Shown here: positions 59,773 to 64,000 of the stretch, one piece after another
How positions within the stretch are numbered: the first letter of the stretch is position 1
How the letters are laid out: each line of letters starts with the position of its first letter
From: a virus
Taxonomy: Duplodnaviria; Caudoviricetes
DNA length: 64,000 nt
Reading direction: 5' to 3' (one strand)
Virus record (IMG/VR): IMGVR_UViG_3300029288_006559
Coordinates: 32,001-96,000 of that record
Program-made: the position numbers and the translations under genes
Notes under the pieces: generated by a model
The model's database searches: none
Told to the model about the DNA's origin: nothing
What the model saw: the letters and a program-made list of their open reading frames with translations, nothing else

Positions 59773-60311
59773 AAAAGAAAATCTTATTAATTTTGGATGG
59801 GGAAAAGCGTGAAATTGAGGCCGATTATTTTGATTTTAGTATAAGCACTGGCATCGGTCAGGGGTATGATTTTATTCTTTCAATAGCTTCTGCTGCCGAG
59901 GGGGAACAACAAGTTCTTGAGCCTTTGTATGGAGTAGTGCCACATCCCTTAAAAAATGCCGTTTCAACCGATCTCCCATCTACTTTAGATTTTAAATCTA
60001 TAGGGTTAACTGAAAATCTCGATGCTATGCGTAGTTTGTTTAAAATAAAGTTTTTAGATACAGAGTTTGAAAAGGAGAAAGCTATTACTTCACAATTTAC
60101 ATATACTTCTCCTTCTTATACTATCTCTATTCCAAACGTTTTTGAAACAGTTTTAAGAGATCTTGTTATATGGGAGAAAGATTCTATTAAAGAGCGCTTT
60201 GCAAAAATTACTATCGAACCAAAGGTTGTTTTTAAGAACCTTGATAGGACAGAATTTATAGTTCTAGAAACTATTCTCGTTCAAACAGGTATTGTGGAAA
60301 ATGAAAAATAA
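59769..60311 (+). CDS. hypothetical protein
   Basis: GAGG RBS before ATG 59769 (ATGA overlap). Confidence 0.55.
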   Translation: MKKKILLILDGEKREIEADYFDFSISTGIGQGYDFILSIASAAEGEQQVLEPLYGVVPHPLKNAVSTDLPSTLDFKSIGLTENLDAMRSLFKIKFLDTEFEKEKAITSQFTYTSPSYTISIPNVFETVLRDLVIWEKDSIKERFAKITIEPKVVFKNLDRTEFIVLETILVQTGIVENEK

Positions 60312-60726
60312 TTGTATGGATAAAACTTCTCTACATTTAGAAGGGGATATGGAAAAAGATGTTCCTATTCTTTCTCCAGATATTGTTTCTTTAGAAGAGG
60401 CCGATCCGCAGGCTACAGTTGTTAAAATGGCTGATTTAATTCACAACAAACTTTATACTGTTGTTCCTAAACAACACGATCTTGCTACAGGTATTCAACC
60501 TGAAATTCAACATTTTAATCGTAAGTACGTTTTTTTATGGGATGATTACAGTAGTTTAAATATTTTTTCAGATGCAAGATGGAAAAAGATTACTGTACAT
60601 CTTCCAGAGGGTTTACGTAACTCTCGTTCTTTAACTAAACTCGTTGGCGATGTTTATGCCTTACCTGAAATTCCCTCATCTTGGCATATTGAGGAACAAC
60701 CTACTCCTCCCCGCCATGTAGAGTGA
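60292..60726 (+). CDS. hypothetical protein
   Basis: 144-aa ORF; start uncertain. Confidence 0.5.
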   Translation: MWKMKNNCMDKTSLHLEGDMEKDVPILSPDIVSLEEADPQATVVKMADLIHNKLYTVVPKQHDLATGIQPEIQHFNRKYVFLWDDYSSLNIFSDARWKKITVHLPEGLRNSRSLTKLVGDVYALPEIPSSWHIEEQPTPPRHVE

Positions 60727-60778
60727 GAATAAATAGATAAATGGATAAGTTTTCTATTCACAATAAAAAGGAATAAAA

Positions 60779-61372
60779 ATGAAGAGTAACATAATCAAGG
60801 GTATACTGTTGTTTGTAGCTTTATTTGTTGCAGGAATTTTATGTGGTAATTATGTTAGAAGTTCTGCACCAATAGAGAAGAGTGGTATATCTAAACTAGA
60901 TTCTAGTAAAATAGGATTAAGCAAAGAGGATGTACTTAGAATGGATGACTCTGATATAGCAACAGTAAGGGAGAAGTATCTCGTTAAAATGTTATGTGAT
61001 ACTGCTAGAGCTTATAATATTCCAGAGTCTGTTTTTTGTGGTTTAGGTTATCATGAAAGTGCTAGGTTTAGAGTGTTACATTCAAAAGTCAAAGACAGTA
61101 ATGCAAAGTTTTCCTATGGTCTATTTCAGATACAATTAGGCACTGCAGTTTTATATGATGGTTCTGCAACAGAAGAGAAGCTATTGGATCCTACGTATAA
61201 TCTACATCTGGCTGCAGTTATATTTAAGAAAAACATGGAAAAACATGGTAGTGTGGAAAAAGCTATAGCTGCACACAATGGTTGCATTAAAGACGGTAGA
61301 ATAACTAATCCAAATTATATGAAGGAAGTTTATTCTTCGATAGGAGTAGTAACGGTTAAGTATAATTTATAA
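60779..61372 (+). CDS. SLT-family lytic transglycosylase with N-terminal membrane anchor
   Basis: HES catalytic Glu, YGLFQI, LLDP.YN, AIAAHNG; N-terminal TM. Confidence 0.82.
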   Translation: MKSNIIKGILLFVALFVAGILCGNYVRSSAPIEKSGISKLDSSKIGLSKEDVLRMDDSDIATVREKYLVKMLCDTARAYNIPESVFCGLGYHESARFRVLHSKVKDSNAKFSYGLFQIQLGTAVLYDGSATEEKLLDPTYNLHLAAVIFKKNMEKHGSVEKAIAAHNGCIKDGRITNPNYMKEVYSSIGVVTVKYNL

Positions 61373-61392
61373 ATTGTAACAAAGGAGATAAT

Positions 61393-61731
61393 ATGCCTAG
61401 AGATTATAAGCTGTATCCAAGTTCTAAATTAGATTCAAATTTGTTAGATCCTAAAATAAGGCCTATAGTTGAGTTATTAATTAAAAACGGTATAGAAACA
61501 ACATCTTCCTGTCAAGGAGGCAGAGGACATGCCTTTCTATCACCTAGAGTAAGTTTTAAAGGTAGTAAAAAAGATGCATATAGGGCTTTAAGGCTTGTGG
61601 AAAACAATGGATGGGCTTGGTGCTCTTTGTATAAAGGTTACTATCCTGAAGAGGGTACTGTTAAATCAAGTGATTGGTTATTACAGTTTAATACTCTAAA
61701 TAAACTCAAAAATATAAGGGAAGGGCTTTAG
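61393..61731 (+). CDS. TYW3/Taw3-like protein (paralogue 3)
   Basis: LDPKIRPIVELL..NGIETTSSCQG. Confidence 0.5.
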   Translation: MPRDYKLYPSSKLDSNLLDPKIRPIVELLIKNGIETTSSCQGGRGHAFLSPRVSFKGSKKDAYRALRLVENNGWAWCSLYKGYYPEEGTVKSSDWLLQFNTLNKLKNIREGL

Positions 61732-61733
61732 AA

Positions 61734-62525
61734 ATGAATTTTAAAAATATAGGTTTAATTACATTTCTTATAAGTTTTGTAGCAGCTGTAGTTTTTGGAT
61801 ATCTATATTTTAATGAGAAGTTCAATCATGCTACGGATAATCAGTTGAACTTTCAAAGATACAACGGGCTTCAAGATCAAATGAATCAGAAAGCTGATAG
61901 TGTACAGACATTATCTATTCAGGTGTCAGATCTTAATAGTCAGATCGATAAAGAACGTGCCAAGAAAGGGTACTGGATGGCGGTAGCCTCCGAGTATAGA
62001 GCCTTTATAGATAGTATGAAATTATCAGGAGAAGGCGGCAGCTCTTCCGGAGAGGATTCTTCAGGAATCTACTACCGGGTGAAGTTTGATGGTAAGAAGT
62101 ATTTCGTATCTTATGTAGGGGAAACTAAGTATTATCCTCAAAGCAAATCTTCAATATGGAATCTGGTTTTAGCATTTGATACTATAGATATAGTTAGTGA
62201 TTTGTACAAAGATACAGATAATCTTTGGAAGATAAGAACTGTCAGCAACACCTCTGGGGTTAAAATAAAAACTTACAGCTCAATAGACAGTACACTATTT
62301 GCAAGCATTATATCTGAATCAGCTCTTTCTATGGTAGAGCCTTCAACTGATTGGGGTATATTAGGTCAGCTGGCCATATCTAAAATTCTCCCCAATACAG
62401 TAGATGGTGCAGTTGGGGGTTATTATGGAGGAATTACTGGAAAATATTTTATTAAGGAGAAGTCTTTCTGGGTAGATGTAACGGGAAAGTTTTCTATAAA
62501 AAACTTTAAATTTGGGGGTAGGTAA
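61734..62525 (+). CDS. membrane-anchored coiled-coil protein with beta-rich C-terminus (spanin-like candidate)
   Basis: N-terminal TM, heptads, amphipathic strands; near the transglycosylase. Confidence 0.45.
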   Translation: MNFKNIGLITFLISFVAAVVFGYLYFNEKFNHATDNQLNFQRYNGLQDQMNQKADSVQTLSIQVSDLNSQIDKERAKKGYWMAVASEYRAFIDSMKLSGEGGSSSGEDSSGIYYRVKFDGKKYFVSYVGETKYYPQSKSSIWNLVLAFDTIDIVSDLYKDTDNLWKIRTVSNTSGVKIKTYSSIDSTLFASIISESALSMVEPSTDWGILGQLAISKILPNTVDGAVGGYYGGITGKYFIKEKSFWVDVTGKFSIKNFKFGGR

Positions 62526-62559
62526 TGAATGTGAGAAATTAATTAGAAGGAGATTTAAA

Positions 62560-62703
62560 ATGTCGCAATCGGCACAAGATGAAGAACGGTTTCCCGTATC
62601 AAGAGACTTTGGTAAATACTCTAATCACGACAAGAACGGGTTACCGTTTTTGGCATTTTTAATACTAGTTTTTATTTTGTTACTCATATTCAAACAATGT
62701 TAA
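62560..62703 (+). CDS. small membrane protein
   Basis: AGGAG RBS, C-terminal TM. Confidence 0.55.
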   Translation: MSQSAQDEERFPVSRDFGKYSNHDKNGLPFLAFLILVFILLLIFKQC

Positions 62704-62724
62704 ACATTTTTGAGGAGATTTAAA

Positions 62725-62997
62725 ATGAATAAATTAGATAAAAGACTTTTTAGCGGAGTTCTAATTATAGCTGTTGCCGCAATAAGTTTTACTATTGGAG
62801 TAGAAACACGTCCAATTCCTGAAATTGAACAAAAACCGATAACTGCAGCAGATAGTTTATTTGACGCTCAATGGGCGCAATACGAAGCTGACATAGCTAA
62901 AGATACAACCACTTGTGTGATAGGCGGGCAAGTTTGTAAGCAAGTGCCAAACCTTGCTGGTTTTATTGATTGGAAAAACAAACACAACGGGAAGTAA
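62725..62997 (+). CDS. secreted/membrane hypothetical protein
   Basis: AGGAG RBS, N-terminal hydrophobic helix. Confidence 0.55.
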   Translation: MNKLDKRLFSGVLIIAVAAISFTIGVETRPIPEIEQKPITAADSLFDAQWAQYEADIAKDTTTCVIGGQVCKQVPNLAGFIDWKNKHNGK

Positions 62998-62998
62998 T

Positions 62999-63295
62999 AT
63001 GAAAATTGTAGGGAAAATTTCTGTATCTCAGGTAGAAGAACCTGTTATTACTGCATTACAGGGGGTTGAGAAAAAATGTGCTGTTTGCAAGAAACGTTGG
63101 GACGATGGAGAAAAGGTAGTTATTTTTATAACTTCTACCATTACTAACGATACTATTCCTTTGCAGGATGACTCTATGCACATTGTTCATTTAAGCCCTT
63201 GTTTGGAGGAATTTGTGGGTACAATTATGGCTTCTTTTCCAAAGCCAGAAGAGGCACTAAAAGACGAGCAGATAACTCCGCCACCGCAACAGTAA
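62999..63295 (+). CDS. hypothetical zinc-binding protein
   Basis: CAVC...H...C; ATG 62999 directly after the previous stop. Confidence 0.55.
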   Translation: MKIVGKISVSQVEEPVITALQGVEKKCAVCKKRWDDGEKVVIFITSTITNDTIPLQDDSMHIVHLSPCLEEFVGTIMASFPKPEEALKDEQITPPPQQ

Positions 63296-63334
63296 TTTCG
63301 TGAATTCTTTTGTGTTTATTCACATATATTGTAT

Positions 63335-64000
63335 GTGAAGCAAGCGTCCGACACATACGTAACTAGTGTTCCTGAGCCTGAGATTTCTCCAGAAGAACAG
63401 ATAGGACTTGTGATTGTTCCCGATCTAAAACTTCGTAGGACCAATCCTAAAAGGTTTGATATTCATCAGGATTGGTACACATCTAACGGAGAACACGAAG
63501 ATACTTCCGTTTCTAATCGTTACGATAATACTGAACCTTTGTTTGCTAGTTTAGACCAACTAGATTGGGAAATAGAACATTATGTAGAAGGAAGTTCTTT
63601 ATTTAAAGCTTCTTCTCTACATTTATTCTCTTTTGAAGATCTACTTCTTAAGCGTAGACAAGCTTATTTACAGTCTGTAGGTAATATAATTATCTACAAA
63701 GATTTTGCTCAAGAAGTAAAAGATTTTATTGATGAGAAGTTTAAGGATTTATTAGATAGACATCCCAAAGCAAGAGAGCATTTGAATTCTTTATCTTTAG
63801 AGTTTACTCTACGTCCGGAGGATTATCGTAATAATATTGGGGCAGAATATTATCCAGAGACAAAAACTATAGGTTATTATCTTCCAAAAGAAACTTTGAA
63901 GAAAAATTGGGCTGGAGTTGTTCACGAAATAGTGCATGCTTTACAAGATTTTTTTCAAGACTCAGAGCCAGCACTTGTTTCTCCACCCAAAGTAACTGCT
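63335..64000 (+). CDS. 3'-truncated protein with HExxH zincin-like motif (absent from ORF track)
   Basis: Open frame GTG 63335 to the window end; VVHEIVHALQD. Confidence 0.65.
   Translation, partial: MKQASDTYVTSVPEPEISPEEQIGLVIVPDLKLRRTNPKRFDIHQDWYTSNGEHEDTSVSNRYDNTEPLFASLDQLDWEIEHYVEGSSLFKASSLHLFSFEDLLLKRRQAYLQSVGNIIIYKDFAQEVKDFIDEKFKDLLDRHPKAREHLNSLSLEFTLRPEDYRNNIGAEYYPETKTIGYYLPKETLKKNWAGVVHEIVHALQDFFQDSEPALVSPPKVTA

Overview
A 64-kb segment of a large (probably jumbo) tailed dsDNA phage genome. It is AT-rich, densely coding, reads in the standard genetic code, and is almost entirely on the + strand. Replication and recombination genes: SF2 helicase, DnaC-like loader, DnaB, a primase split over two distant genes, a UDG-PolA fusion, RecA, a split SbcC/Rad50, SbcD and an SSB-like protein. 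Nucleotide metabolism genes: class II RNR, dCMP deaminase, dUTPase and ThyX. A dispersed 7-deazaguanine (preQ0) pathway is present (folE2, queD, queE, queC, TGT/DpdA-like), with unexplained extras: a catalytically dead FolE2 paralogue coupled to queE and three TYW3-like proteins. Other genes include an MT-A70 methyltransferase, RNA ligase, GroEL, a sigma-like factor, terminase subunits, probable head-associated proteins and a lytic transglycosylase. Five inteins sit in catalytic motifs. A 2.8-kb IS1595-family element with passenger genes (24-bp TIRs, 8-bp TSD) interrupts codon 7 of a nucleotidyltransferase gene. Two recurring promoter-like motifs are visible. No tRNA, rRNA or CRISPR array was recognised. 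All family calls come from motif recognition by eye, not database searches.
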